Assembly (NCBI GenBank): GCA_963816365.1
Contig: CAWFKG010000005.1
Location: 457,850 to 521,849 of the forward strand
DNA from: an uncultured Bacteroidales bacterium
GTDB taxonomy: Bacteria; Bacteroidota; Bacteroidia; Bacteroidales; VadinHA17
DNA: 64,000 nucleotides
Reading direction: 5' to 3'
The position numbers were made by a program, and so were the translations under genes. Positions within the stretch are counted from its first letter, which is position 1, and each line of letters opens with the position of its first letter. Shown here in pieces: positions 41,792 through 52,194 of this stretch. Under the pieces are notes generated by a model. The model ran no database searches. It was not told where the DNA came from and saw only the letters and a list, made by a program, of their open reading frames with translations.

Positions 41792-42211
41792 TCACTTTTT
41801 TTTCGGAAGATTCTTTACCAGCTTATCAATCAGGTTTTGCGAAAGAATTGGCTTAATAACATAATCATTAAATCCGGAACTGAGAATTTTCTCCTTATCA
41901 CCCATAAGTCCATATGCTGTCTGAGCAATTACAACAATGTCTTTTCGTGCTTCCCTGATCTTATTTAAAGCTGTATATCCATCCATTACCGGAAGCTGAA
42001 TGTCCATTAACACAATGTCAATTTCGCCATCATTCAGGGCCATATTCACAGCTTCCTGTCCGTTACCTGCATTCAGGATAATAACTCCTGCTTTTTCCAG
42101 AATTTTATTGAGATATAATCTGCTTGACAAGTCATCCTCTACAATTAAAATTTTTTTTCCTTTCAAGAACTCATTTTCCATATTTATCTTTTTATTCAAA
42201 AAGTCCGTCAT
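41792..42211 (-). CDS. stand-alone CheY-like response-regulator receiver
   Basis: KKILIVEDDLSSR...IVLMDIQLPVMDGYTA...AQTAY...DYVIKPI. The likely ATG is at 42181 (MENEFLKG..). Confidence 0.85.
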   Translation of the reverse strand: MTDFLNKKINMENEFLKGKKILIVEDDLSSRLYLNKILEKAGVIILNAGNGQEAVNMALNDGEIDIVLMDIQLPVMDGYTALNKIREARKDIVVIAQTAYGLMGDKEKILSSGFNDYVIKPILSQNLIDKLVKNLPKKK

Positions 42212-42576
42212 CCCTGAGCAATAGTAATATTGCGGAATGTGGAACTACTATATATTTCTCTTTGTTAAATTCTATTTCAATGGCACTGTTCTGAAGATAC
42301 ACGGCCTGATCTCCCTCTTTAGGCTGAAGAGGAACATATTTTGGTTCATCAGATCTGTTTTTCCATGGTTCATCATTATCACTAACCGAAGGTATAGGAT
42401 AACCAGGACCTACCTTGACAACATAACCGATCTGAACCTTTTCATTTTCATTTACGCCGGGAGGCAAGCAGTAAGCCGCTTTTTGTCTTCGATTGCGGAA
42501 CTTTTGGTTTAATAAGAATTCTGTCGCCAATGACAATCAGCTTACTCAGATCCTTTTCATCTAATAAAACGCTCAT
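42192..42576 (-). CDS. GroES/Cpn10-family small protein; one frame disruption
   Basis: ATG 42576 gives MSVLLDEKDLSKLIVIGDRILIKPKVPQSKTKSGLLL. After removing one extra base it continues as PPGVNENEKVQIGYVVKVGPGYP...KEGDQAVYLQNSAIEIEF (ORF 42192..42536). Confidence 0.6.
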
Positions 42577-42748
42577 ATCTCAGTACAATTCTTAACAAAA
42601 GTATCATTTTTTTCTTCTTTTTCCCGCTGATCCTGCAGATTTTCGCAGATGGAATAAAATTGATCGGGAAGGGTTAAGAAATATTCGGAGCGTGAATTAG
42701 TTTATACATAGATTTACAGAAACCACTTAAAAGTATTAATTTTCTGCG

Positions 42749-43361
42749 ATGGATTCTGATACATATAGAACAATTAAGTCTGCGGCTGAAGGTCTATATA
42801 AAGAAAAAGGGAGCCGGTTTGTTTCTATTGCTATTCCCATTACGGACCAGAAAGAAATAAAGCCGATAATCGATAGCTATAAAAAAGGAACATCATGAAG
42901 CAAGGCATCATTGTTATGCCTACATGCTAGGACATGAAAGAAGCATCTGGCGGGTAAATGATGACGGAGAACCTTCAGGTACAGCGGGAAGGCCAATTCT
43001 GGGCCAGATTAATTCATTCGGTTTAACAAATATCATAATTATTGTAAGCAGATATTTTGGAGGAACATTACTGGGTGTAAGCGGATTAATTAATGCGTAC
43101 AGATCTGCTGCGTCATCTGCAATTCAGAATGCTGAAATAACAGAGAGGACACTGCAGGAGTATTATGAAATAACTTATCCATATGTTGCCATGAATGATG
43201 TCATGAAGATACTAAAGGAAGAAAATATTGGACAATCTGATCAATCATTCGATCTTGAATGCCGCATCTTAATAAATTTCAGGGTATCAGATAAGGAAAA
43301 AGTTCTAGGACGTCTTTCGCGGATTGATGGTTTGAAATTCAAATATATTGAAACCCATTGA
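42749..43361 (+). CDS. yigZ: YigZ/IMPACT-family protein; one frame disruption
   Basis: ATG 42749 gives MDSDTYRTIKSAAEGLYKEKGSRFVSIAIPI...YKK. It then shifts at the A6GG run into ORF 42924..43361 (HCYAYMLGHERSIWRVNDDGEPSGTAGRPIL). Confidence 0.75.
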
Positions 43362-43367
43362 GGAATC

Positions 43368-43429
43368 CGGAAGCCTGAAGTCAGAAGTCGGATGTAAGAG
43401 TTTGAACTTCCGGCTTAGGACTTTTTTTA
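43368..43429 (+). repeat. heptamer-drift repeat inside a hairpin downstream of yigZ (possible terminator)
   Basis: GAAGCCT GAAGTCA GAAGTCG GATGTAA (43371-43398). CCGGAAG (43368-43374) pairs with CTTCCGG (43408-43414). A T7 run lies at 43423-43429. Confidence 0.55.
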
Positions 43430-43527
43430 CACTGTTTTAAATTAATTATCAACATTAAATGGAGTTAAGACATTTCTTGACTAAATTTGATACCAGACAA
43501 AACTTGAGCATTTAATGTGCTATATTA

Positions 43528-44436
43528 ATGAAAAACAGAAGCTTAGTATCAATAGACGATTTTTCAACAGAAGAGATCCTGAGGATTCTTGATCTGACTG
43601 AGGAATTCGAAAAACAACCCACTCAAAAATTACTGGAGGGAAAAGTTATTGCAACACTATTCTTTGAACCTTCGACCCGGACAAGATTAAGCTTTGAAAG
43701 TGCTATCAGCAGATTAGGGGGAAAGATTGTGGGATTTTCTGATTCTTCGAGTTCAAGTGTCTCTAAAGGAGAAACATTGAATGATACAATCAGGATGGTT
43801 AACAGCTACTGCGATCTTATTGTAATGAGGCATCCTATTGAGGGCAGTGCAAGGTTTGCAAGTGAGATTGCTTCTGTTCCGGTCATAAATGCAGGTGATG
43901 GAGCAAATCAGCATCCTACTCAGACTCTGCTTGATCTCTACTCGATCCGCAAAACACAGGGGACTCTTGATAATCTGAACATCTTTATGGTTGGCGATCT
44001 TAAATATGGAAGGACCGTTCATTCTCTTATGATGGCAATGTCGAGATGGAATACAACTTTCAATTTCATTTCGCCTGAAGAGCTTAAAATGCCTGATGAA
44101 TTTAAGCTGTACCTCGATAATCTTGGTCTTAAATACTATGAGCACAATGATTTTACCGAAATTATCTCCAAAGCTGATATTATCTATATGACCAGGGTAC
44201 AGAAAGAGAGATTTTCAGATCCCATTGAATATGAGAAAGTGAAAAATGTATATGTTCTCAGAAACTCAATGTTAAAGAACACAAAGCCTAATATGAGGAT
44301 ACTTCATCCGCTTCCAAGGGTCAATGAGATACATCAGGATGTAGACAGTAATCCTAAGGCTTATTATTTTGAACAGGCTCTGAACGGAGTTTATACGCGT
44401 CAGGCAATTGTATGTTCACTTTTAGGAATTAAATAA
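43528..44436 (+). CDS. pyrB: aspartate carbamoyltransferase catalytic subunit
   Basis: [29 protein letters not shown] and HPLPR motifs; 302 aa. Confidence 0.92.
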   Translation: MKNRSLVSIDDFSTEEILRILDLTEEFEKQPTQKLLEGKVIATLFFEPSTRTRLSFESAISRLGGKIVGFSDSSSSSVSKGETLNDTIRMVNSYCDLIVMRHPIEGSARFASEIASVPVINAGDGANQHPTQTLLDLYSIRKTQGTLDNLNIFMVGDLKYGRTVHSLMMAMSRWNTTFNFISPEELKMPDEFKLYLDNLGLKYYEHNDFTEIISKADIIYMTRVQKERFSDPIEYEKVKNVYVLRNSMLKNTKPNMRILHPLPRVNEIHQDVDSNPKAYYFEQALNGVYTRQAIVCSLLGIK

Positions 44437-44450
44437 GGAAATCAGGAGCG

Positions 44451-44910
44451 ATGAAGGAACCAAAACAAATGAGTGTCAGTGCTATCCAGAACGGAACAGT
44501 AATTGACCATGTGCCGGCAAGTAATCTTTTTAAAGTAATCCAGATCCTTGGCCTCGACCGTATTGATAACCAGATAACTTTCGGGACAAACCTGGAAAGC
44601 AAAAAGCTTGGAAGAAAAGCAATCATAAAGATCTCGGGCGTTTTTTTCGAAGATGAAGATATAAACAGAATTGCCCTGGTCGCACCCGATGCCAAACTGA
44701 ATATCATCAAAGACTATGAGGTTGTTGAGAAAAAAGTTGTTGTGGTGCCTGACTAATATAGTAGGCATCGCAAAGTGTATGAATCCAAAATGCATTACAA
44801 ACTTCGAAGCAGTTACAACACGATTCAAGGTCGTTTCAAAAAAAAATGTATCGCTGAAATGCCATTACTGTGAAAAAATAACCAACCAGGAAAATATGCA
44901 GATAATATAA
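44451..44910 (+). CDS. pyrI: aspartate carbamoyltransferase regulatory subunit; one frame disruption
   Basis: 44451..44756 has [13 protein letters not shown]...IIKISG. 44716..44910 has the zinc domain KCMNPKCIT...LKCHYCE. The junction VVVPD|NIVGIAKC is restored by deleting one T near 44754. Confidence 0.88.
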
Positions 44911-44916
44911 ACAAGC

Positions 44917-45409
44917 CTACCTCAATCTGTCATACGATTTTACAAGCTGATCATCTTTCCTTATACCTCTTAGAGCCAAAATCGCCAGGATTAATAATAT
45001 AAAAGGTATTGCCATCTTTATACCGGGTATGAATTCACTGCTGTATTTCGATAAGATCAGGTATATATAGAAAATTGACCCAAGAATAAATGCAGACAGT
45101 AATCCGATCAAGACTTTTACCAGCATTAGCTGGACCATCCTTTTTTTGAATAAGGAAAATTGTTATCAGGGATACAACAGGAATAAGAATGATAAGTATG
45201 GAAAGCGGCAACAGCCTTTCAATCATAACGATACCCTGCCCGTTCGTATCCCTGAATATCCCGTTAAAGGTAACATTAATCACGAATCCAGTATTTTCAG
45301 TGAAAACTAATAAGCTTCCTTTAAATAATAACAGTGAGATTAAAACTATAAGTGACAGGTAAACTGACTGAATGCGCTGGATCATTTTATCAATTATTTG
45401 GCTTGCCAA
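44917..45409 (-). CDS. DUF4293-family membrane protein; one frame disruption
   Basis: 45035..45409 has IQRIQSVYLSLIVLISLLLF. 44917..45138 has ..RGIRKDDQLVKSYDRLR*. They join at the TTCAAAAAAAGG run. Confidence 0.65.
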
Positions 45410-45643
45410 ATTTACTTCCTTTTAATTAAAATCGGAATACCGGAATGCAAATGAGTCATTTTATGAATATTTAACATTATTTTAGAATTGGTGTCTGTAT
45501 TGAAAATTATAATTTACATACATTTGTGCGATCGTTTGATCCAATATTGAATTGTACCTGAATATTGCACACAAAATCAATATTTTATAGTAATAATTAG
45601 ATTTAATCCGGCAATAAAATAATTATCACAATATCGATAAAAG

Positions 45644-46738
45644 ATGAACAAAAAACTACGGCTGCTCATAACCTCTCTCCTGATAATATTGCTAATTGGA
45701 ATAGTACTTTATCCGAAATATAAACCCTTTCTGTCCAAAAAAATTAAAGGTGATGGTATTTCTGGAACTCCTTTGCGGCAAACGCAGCAAAAACTAAATG
45801 CAGTCGGATATGTAATTATCCCGACCCATTTGAGTGAATTGATCAACCAGTCTGGAACACTAAAACCTGATGAAGAGGTTGATCTCTCATTTGAGACTTC
45901 CGGAAAGATCGTGGAAATTAATTTTACTGAAGGGACCCGTGTAAAAAAAGGAGATCTTCTGGCAAAAATAAATGATCAGCCGCTTCAGGCTCAGCTCGAA
46001 AAATTGCAGGCACAATTAAAGATGGCAGAAGCTAAAGAGTTCAGACAGCGAAGCCTTCTTAATAAAGATGCAATAAGCCAGGAAAGTTACGATCAGGTCC
46101 AGACTGATGTACAGACCATAAAGGCGGATATAAACCTCATCAAAGCTAATATTTCGCAGACTGAACTTAGGGCGCCATTTGACGGAATGATAGGATTGAG
46201 ATATGTGAGTGAAGGAAGTTTTACAACGATGTCAACCAAAATCGCAAAACTCATTAAAATCAGTCCTATAAAGATAGAATTCTCTATATCTGAAAAATAT
46301 GCTTCCGAAATAAAGATCGGCTATCCGATAACCTTTAAGATCGTTGGTAATGATCAGGTTTTTAATGCTTTTGTTTATGCAATTGATCCAAAAATTGATA
46401 TAGATACAAGAACGGTCGTTCTCCGTGCCATGTATCAGAATAAAAATGAAGAACTCAGACCAGGAACATTCGCCGGTGTGACATTGGAGCTATCCAAGAG
46501 AGATAATGCAATAGCTATTCCGACTGAAGCTTTGATACCACAGATGGATGGGGAGACAGTTTTTATTTATAAAAAAGGGAAGGCTCAGACAATAAAAGTC
46601 AGTACAGGACTCAGGACAGAATCAAAGATCCAGATTACTGACGGACTTAAATTCGGAGATACATTGATTACTTCAGGGATAATGCAACTGAGACAAAACC
46701 TTCCAATAGTGCTTGACACAGTGATTCTTAACAAATAA
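45644..46738 (+). CDS. RND efflux periplasmic adaptor (MFP)
   Basis: N-terminal TM anchor (no lipobox Cys). Lipoyl motif (GKIVEINFTEGTRVKKGDLLAKIND), coiled-coil hairpin and beta-barrel (ELRAPFDGMIG). Confidence 0.85.
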   Translation: MNKKLRLLITSLLIILLIGIVLYPKYKPFLSKKIKGDGISGTPLRQTQQKLNAVGYVIIPTHLSELINQSGTLKPDEEVDLSFETSGKIVEINFTEGTRVKKGDLLAKINDQPLQAQLEKLQAQLKMAEAKEFRQRSLLNKDAISQESYDQVQTDVQTIKADINLIKANISQTELRAPFDGMIGLRYVSEGSFTTMSTKIAKLIKISPIKIEFSISEKYASEIKIGYPITFKIVGNDQVFNAFVYAIDPKIDIDTRTVVLRAMYQNKNEELRPGTFAGVTLELSKRDNAIAIPTEALIPQMDGETVFIYKKGKAQTIKVSTGLRTESKIQITDGLKFGDTLITSGIMQLRQNLPIVLDTVILNK

Positions 46739-46752
46739 CCGGTATTATTAAT

Positions 46753-49700
46753 ATGAGTTTATCATCAGTTAGTATTAACAGGCCCGTATTAGCAACCGTA
46801 TTTGCTATTGTTATTTTGCTCTTTGGTGGAGTCGGCCTCACCTTTTTGGGAATAAGAGAATTTCCGAGTGTCGATCCTCCAATTATTTCAGTCAGCACAT
46901 CGTACCCTGGAGCTAATTCGGATGTAATTGAAACGCAAATTACAGAACCCCTGGAACAATCTATTAATGGAATCCAGGGGATACGATCGCTTACCAGTGT
47001 CAGTCAGCAGGGTCAAAGTAACATAACTGTTGAATTTGAGCTGTCGGTGGATATGGAAACCGCTGCCAATGATACCAGGGATAAGGTTTCACAAGCTCTG
47101 AGAATGCTGCCACGCGATTGCGATCCTCCTGTAGTTGCAAAAGCAGATGCGGATGCTAACCCTATTCTACAAATTACGGTTGAAAGCAAAAAAAGATCTC
47201 TCCTGGAACTGTCAGAAATAGCGGAACTCACCTTAAAGGAACAGCTGCAGACCATTTCGGGAGTAAGCGCCGTTGGCATCTGGGGACAAAAACGTTACGC
47301 AATGAGGCTATTTCTTGATCCCGTAAAACTTGCCGGATACCAGATCACTCCTCTGGATGTCAGAAGTGCTGTACTCAGAGAGAATGTGGAACTTCCATCG
47401 GGTAGCATTGAAGGAAATACGACTCAGTTAACGATCAGAACCCTTGGACTAATGTCAACTCCTAAAGAGTTCAACGATCTGATAATTAAACAAACCGGAG
47501 ACCAGATTGTACGCTTTAAAGATATAGGCAGAGCCGAACTTGGACCCGAAGATATTCGAGGTATTCTCAAAATGGATGGGGTCCCAATGGTAAGTGATGT
47601 TATCATACCTCAGCCTGGATCCAATCAGATTGATATAGTTGATGAAGTTTACAAGCGCCTTGAATATATTAAAAAAGACCTTCCTGAAGACGTTATAGTC
47701 AGGGTACCATTTGATAATACCCTGTTTATAAGGAATTCCATTAAGGAAGTAAAAAACACCATTTATATAGCATTCGCACTGGTAGTTATTATTATTTACT
47801 TCTTTTTAAGAAGCTGGCGTGCGACTCTTATACCTATTCTGGTCATTCCCGTATCGCTTATAGGTGCATTCTTTATAATGTATTTAGCAGGCTATTCAAT
47901 CAATGTCCTGACCCTCCTTGCAATAGTTCTTGCAATCGGGATTGTAGTGGATGATGCCATAGTTGTAATGGAGAACATATATGTAAAAGTAGAAAACGGG
48001 GTATCGCCTATTGAGGCTGGACTTAAAGGGTCGAAAGAAATCTACTTCGCGATTATCGCTACTACCATCACTCTTATTGCAGTCTTTTTCCCGATAGTTT
48101 TTCTCCAGGGAATAACCGGAAGACTATTTCGCGAGTTTGCCATTGTAATGGCTGGTGCTGTAGGTATATCAGCTTTCCTTGCATTATCGCTTACACCTAT
48201 GGTATCAACAAAGATGTTGCGCCATGAGACTAAACACAGCTGGTTTTACAGGAAAACAGATAAGTTCTTTACCAGGCTGAATGACGGGTATAAGAGAATG
48301 CTTGAATCTTTCCTTATTCACAGGAAAGTAACTTTCGTAATTCTGTTTGTGGCATTAGGTCTTATTTACTTTCTCTGGAAGAATATACCTGCTGAAATGG
48401 CACCACTGGAAGATCGGTCTCAAATCTCGGTTAACACGATTGCACAGGAAGGTTCAACTTATGAGTTTAACCTTGATTATATTGACGATATATCTAAAAC
48501 AATAACCGACCTGGTACCTGAACGCGATGGCATTATGTCAATGGTGAGAGGAGGTGGCGGATTTGTGAGAGTGACTCTGGTAAATCCCAAGGACAGAGAT
48601 CGTACACAACAACAAATTGCAGATCAAATGGGTTTTGTTTTGAGGTCAAAGACCAAAGCACGATCAATGGTTATGCAACAATCTACTTTTGGAGGAAGAC
48701 GTGCCGGTTTGCCTATTCAATATGTACTTCAGGCCACTTCAATTGACAAACTAAGGGAAGTACTTCCGGCTTATATGGCTAAAGTAATGGATGATCCGAT
48801 GTTTCAGATGGCTGATGTAAATCTGAAATTCACCAAGCCTGAACTCAGGATACATATCGACAGGGAAAAAGCAAGCGCCCTTGGAGTGTCAACACAGAAT
48901 ATTGGTCAGACATTGCAGCTTGCTCTGAGCGGACAAAGGTTTGGATATTTCTTTATGAATGGCAAACAATATCAGATACTCGGCGATCTGGCAAGAAACG
49001 ACCGTAATAAACCGTTGGATCTTAAATCATTATATGTAAGGAATGATCATGGAAGTATGATCCAGTTTGATAATCTGGTAACTCTTACTGAAGAGACTGC
49101 TCCTCCTCAGCTGAACAGGTATAACAGATTTGTATCAGCAACTATCTCTGCCGGTCTGGCAAAAGGAAAAACAATCAGCCAGGGACTCGATGAGATGGAT
49201 AAAATATCAAAACAGGTTCTCGATGAAACTTTCAGAACTGCTCTTGCCGGAGACTCAAAAGATTTTAAGGAAAGCTCATCAAGTCTTATGTTCGCATTTA
49301 TGCTGGCTATCATCCTGATCTTCCTTGTTCTTGCGGCCCAGTTCGAGAGTTTTAAAGATCCATTTATTGTTATGATGACCGTACCGCTTGCTCTTACCGG
49401 TGCCCTGCTGTTCATGTGGTACTTTAATGTCACTATGAATATATTCAGCCAGATCGGTATTATCATGCTGATCGGCCTGGTGACGAAAAACGGGATTTTG
49501 ATAGTAGAATTCGCTAACCAGAGAAAGCTGACCGGCATGTGTAAAATGGATGCAATTAAATATGCTGCAGCTTCACGGTTCAGGCCTATTCTGATGACCA
49601 GCCTGGCTACAATCCTTGGGATTATGCCACTGGCACTTGGATTGGGCGAAGGTGCACAGAGCCGTGTTTCAATGGGTATTGCAGTTGTCGGAGGAATGGT

Positions 49701-49797
49701 ATTTTCAACATTCCTTACTCTTTTTGTTGTTCCGGCGATCTATACATTTATATCAAGCGAAACAAAAAAAACTGAAAATGAGGCTCCTTTATCGTAG
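46753..49797 (+). CDS. RND efflux permease (AcrB/HAE1 family)
   Basis: 1014 aa with 12-TM architecture. SINRPVLATVFAIVILLFG, VVDDAIVVMENI and GLVTKNGILIVEFAN motifs. Confidence 0.92.
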   Translation: MSLSSVSINRPVLATVFAIVILLFGGVGLTFLGIREFPSVDPPIISVSTSYPGANSDVIETQITEPLEQSINGIQGIRSLTSVSQQGQSNITVEFELSVDMETAANDTRDKVSQALRMLPRDCDPPVVAKADADANPILQITVESKKRSLLELSEIAELTLKEQLQTISGVSAVGIWGQKRYAMRLFLDPVKLAGYQITPLDVRSAVLRENVELPSGSIEGNTTQLTIRTLGLMSTPKEFNDLIIKQTGDQIVRFKDIGRAELGPEDIRGILKMDGVPMVSDVIIPQPGSNQIDIVDEVYKRLEYIKKDLPEDVIVRVPFDNTLFIRNSIKEVKNTIYIAFALVVIIIYFFLRSWRATLIPILVIPVSLIGAFFIMYLAGYSINVLTLLAIVLAIGIVVDDAIVVMENIYVKVENGVSPIEAGLKGSKEIYFAIIATTITLIAVFFPIVFLQGITGRLFREFAIVMAGAVGISAFLALSLTPMVSTKMLRHETKHSWFYRKTDKFFTRLNDGYKRMLESFLIHRKVTFVILFVALGLIYFLWKNIPAEMAPLEDRSQISVNTIAQEGSTYEFNLDYIDDISKTITDLVPERDGIMSMVRGGGGFVRVTLVNPKDRDRTQQQIADQMGFVLRSKTKARSMVMQQSTFGGRRAGLPIQYVLQATSIDKLREVLPAYMAKVMDDPMFQMADVNLKFTKPELRIHIDREKASALGVSTQNIGQTLQLALSGQRFGYFFMNGKQYQILGDLARNDRNKPLDLKSLYVRNDHGSMIQFDNLVTLTEETAPPQLNRYNRFVSATISAGLAKGKTISQGLDEMDKISKQVLDETFRTALAGDSKDFKESSSSLMFAFMLAIILIFLVLAAQFESFKDPFIVMMTVPLALTGALLFMWYFNVTMNIFSQIGIIMLIGLVTKNGILIVEFANQRKLTGMCKMDAIKYAAASRFRPILMTSLATILGIMPLALGLGEGAQSRVSMGIAVVGGMVFSTFLTLFVVPAIYTFISSETKKTENEAPLS

Positions 49798-51101
49798 TTT
49801 GCTTATTCTCTCATCAATGTCATTTATACCTGCACATGGACAAAATGTGTATGGACTTAAAGATTGTATCTCAATAGGTTTGGAAAGAAATTTTTCAATT
49901 CTTATAGCAAAAAACGATGAGTCAATCTCAAAAAATAATTATTCCCTGGGTAACGCAGGATTTTTGCCTACAGTAAATCTCATTGGAACACAAACAGGGA
50001 CTTTGGATAATACCACACAGAAGAATAGCGATGGTTCCCAGACAAATTCAAACGGTGTATTCAATACGGTTACAGTGGGTTCCGCAGTACTTGGGATGAA
50101 TATTTTTAGCGGATTCAAAGCAGTGACCACATATAAAAAACTGGGAGAGCTTAATCAGGTCGGACAATTGAATACACAGCTTACTGTTGAAAATTTTATT
50201 TCTGATATTGTCTCAGGATATTACAATTACATCCTTCAGGTACAGTTGATGAATAATCTTCAATATGCCTTAGTTCTCTCAAGAGAAAGGTTAAGGATTG
50301 ATGAAGATCGTTATCTGCTTGGCTCAGGCTCAAAGCTCGAAGTTTTACAGTCGCGGGTATATGTTAACTCCGATAGCTCAAATCTTTCAAGACAAAATGA
50401 AGTTGTCAGATCAGCTCAGATAAGGATTAATCAGATGATGGCTCTGGAAAATCTCGGCAATGAATTCTCCACAAGGGACACTTCTATTGATGTAAATCCC
50501 AATCTCCTTTACGAGAAGCTGCTTGAGGCAACCCTTGTAAGTAATACTAATCTTCTCATAGCTGCCAGGAACAAAACGATCTCCGAATATGATTATAAGC
50601 TAATCGTCTCACGGTCTTACCCTTATCTCAATTTTTCGGGAGGCTACAGTTACAATCTCAATACATTTACTCAAAGTTCCATCAAAAATCAGACAATTAA
50701 CGGAGTCAATTACGGCCTCACACTTGGAGTTAACCTGTTTGATGGGAATAATCAGCGAAGGAGCATTCATAACTCCGCTATTGACAGGAACAGTAAAGAT
50801 CTGGCATATCGTGAAGTTGAACAGGGCAATAAGAGCTGATTTGCTTACCATTTACAGCGCATATAATAACAACCTCCGGCTTATTACCCTCGAAGATCAG
50901 AACTATCAGACTGCTAAAGAAAATCTCGATATAGCACTGGAGAGATACAAACTTGGAAGTCTCTCGGGTATTGATCTGCGCGAGGTCCAGAAAAGTCTTC
51001 TTGACGCAAGGGAGAGATTGATATCAGCACATTATCAGACTAAACTTGCTGAAGTGTCGCTGCAGCTGATTTCCGGTAAAATAATGGAATACTATAAATA
51101 A
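49778..51101 (+). CDS. TolC-family outer-membrane efflux protein; one frame disruption
   Basis: ATG 49778 gives MRLLYRSLLILSSMSFIPAHGQ and overlaps the permease 3' end. The second half is ORF 50724..51101 (..LERYKLGSLSGIDLREVQKSLLDARERL). Confidence 0.8.
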
Positions 51102-51190
51102 CGGTGTACGGTTTACGGCATGCGGCATGCGGCTTTTAGTTGTATAATCCCTCTGTGAAACTCTGTGCTCCTCTGTGTCCCTCTGTGTAA
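51101..51190. repeat. two adjacent drifting tandem repeats (5 x 7-mer, 4 x 10-mer) downstream of tolC
   Basis: ACGGTGT ACGGTTT ACGGCAT GCGGCAT GCGGCTT (51101-51135). CTCTGTGAAA CTCTGTGCTC CTCTGTGTCC CTCTGTGTAA (51151-51190). Confidence 0.85.
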
Positions 51191-51265
51191 GTTCTTATAT
51201 ACTTTCATTGATACTGGCATTTTTTTATATTCAGATTATATTAAATTTGAGCCTAAAATTTAAAA

Positions 51266-52129
51266 ATGCAAAAGAAAACTGAACTTATAACAAATAAAGA
51301 CGGATCCATCTTTCATCTTAATCTGCTCCCGGGTGACATTTCCAATAAAATAATTATTGTTGGTGATCCTGGTCGTGTTGAAATGCTGGGATCATTGATG
51401 CAGGATATCAGGGTTAAAAAAGAAAACAGGGAGTTCCATACCATTACCGGATCATTTGAAAATACTGAGATTACCATTATATCATCCGGGATTGGAACAG
51501 ACAATATCGATATTCTGGTCAATGAGCTTGATGCCCTTGCAAATATCGATTTAAGTACCGGAATCATTAAGGAAGAGCCTGTCTCACTGACATTTATCAG
51601 ATTGGGTACTTCAGGTGGTTTGAGAACAGATGTACCGGCAGGTTCATGCGTTCTTACCGAGACAGCTATAGGTTTTGACGGACTTTTGCATTTTTATGAA
51701 GGATATGACTGGATCCTTGATACCGGATTATGTGATACGCTTGTTGAATATCTTGAATGGCCCGACACTCTCTCCTACCCTTATGCAGTAAATGCAGACA
51801 AAGAACTTATCGAATTGTTTCAAAATGAGAATTTCATAAAAGGGATCACTATATCGGCTCCAGGATTCTATGCTCCGCAGGGCCGGAGGCTAAGGCTTGA
51901 AACGTTTGACAATGAAATAAACAATAAGCTGGCGGAGTTTTCGTACAGGGGCAGAACAATAAGCAATTATGAAATGGAGAGCTCTGCAATATATGGCTTA
52001 TCAGCACTGCTTGGGCACAAAGCTCTTACAATCTGCCTGGTTATCGGTAATCGGGTGACCGGAGAATTTGTGCAGGATTACAAGCCATTGATGAGAGAGT
52101 TGGCGTTAAAAGTATTTGAGGTAATCTGA
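51266..52129 (+). CDS. nucleoside phosphorylase (PNP/UDP family, uridine-phosphorylase-like)
   Basis: IIVGDPGRVE...ITIISSGIGTDNIDI...RLGTSGGL...YEMESSAIY. Confidence 0.8.
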   Translation: MQKKTELITNKDGSIFHLNLLPGDISNKIIIVGDPGRVEMLGSLMQDIRVKKENREFHTITGSFENTEITIISSGIGTDNIDILVNELDALANIDLSTGIIKEEPVSLTFIRLGTSGGLRTDVPAGSCVLTETAIGFDGLLHFYEGYDWILDTGLCDTLVEYLEWPDTLSYPYAVNADKELIELFQNENFIKGITISAPGFYAPQGRRLRLETFDNEINNKLAEFSYRGRTISNYEMESSAIYGLSALLGHKALTICLVIGNRVTGEFVQDYKPLMRELALKVFEVI

Positions 52130-52194
52130 ACCTGGCATATCTTAATTTCTGAATTTTAATATATTTGTATAACCAACCTGTCAATCTTCTAAAA

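Noticed and set aside
44429-44828. Two minus-strand ORFs (93 and 128 aa) overlapping pyrI
   Set aside because: They are antisense to a clearly recognisable PyrI coding sequence and have no domain signatures.
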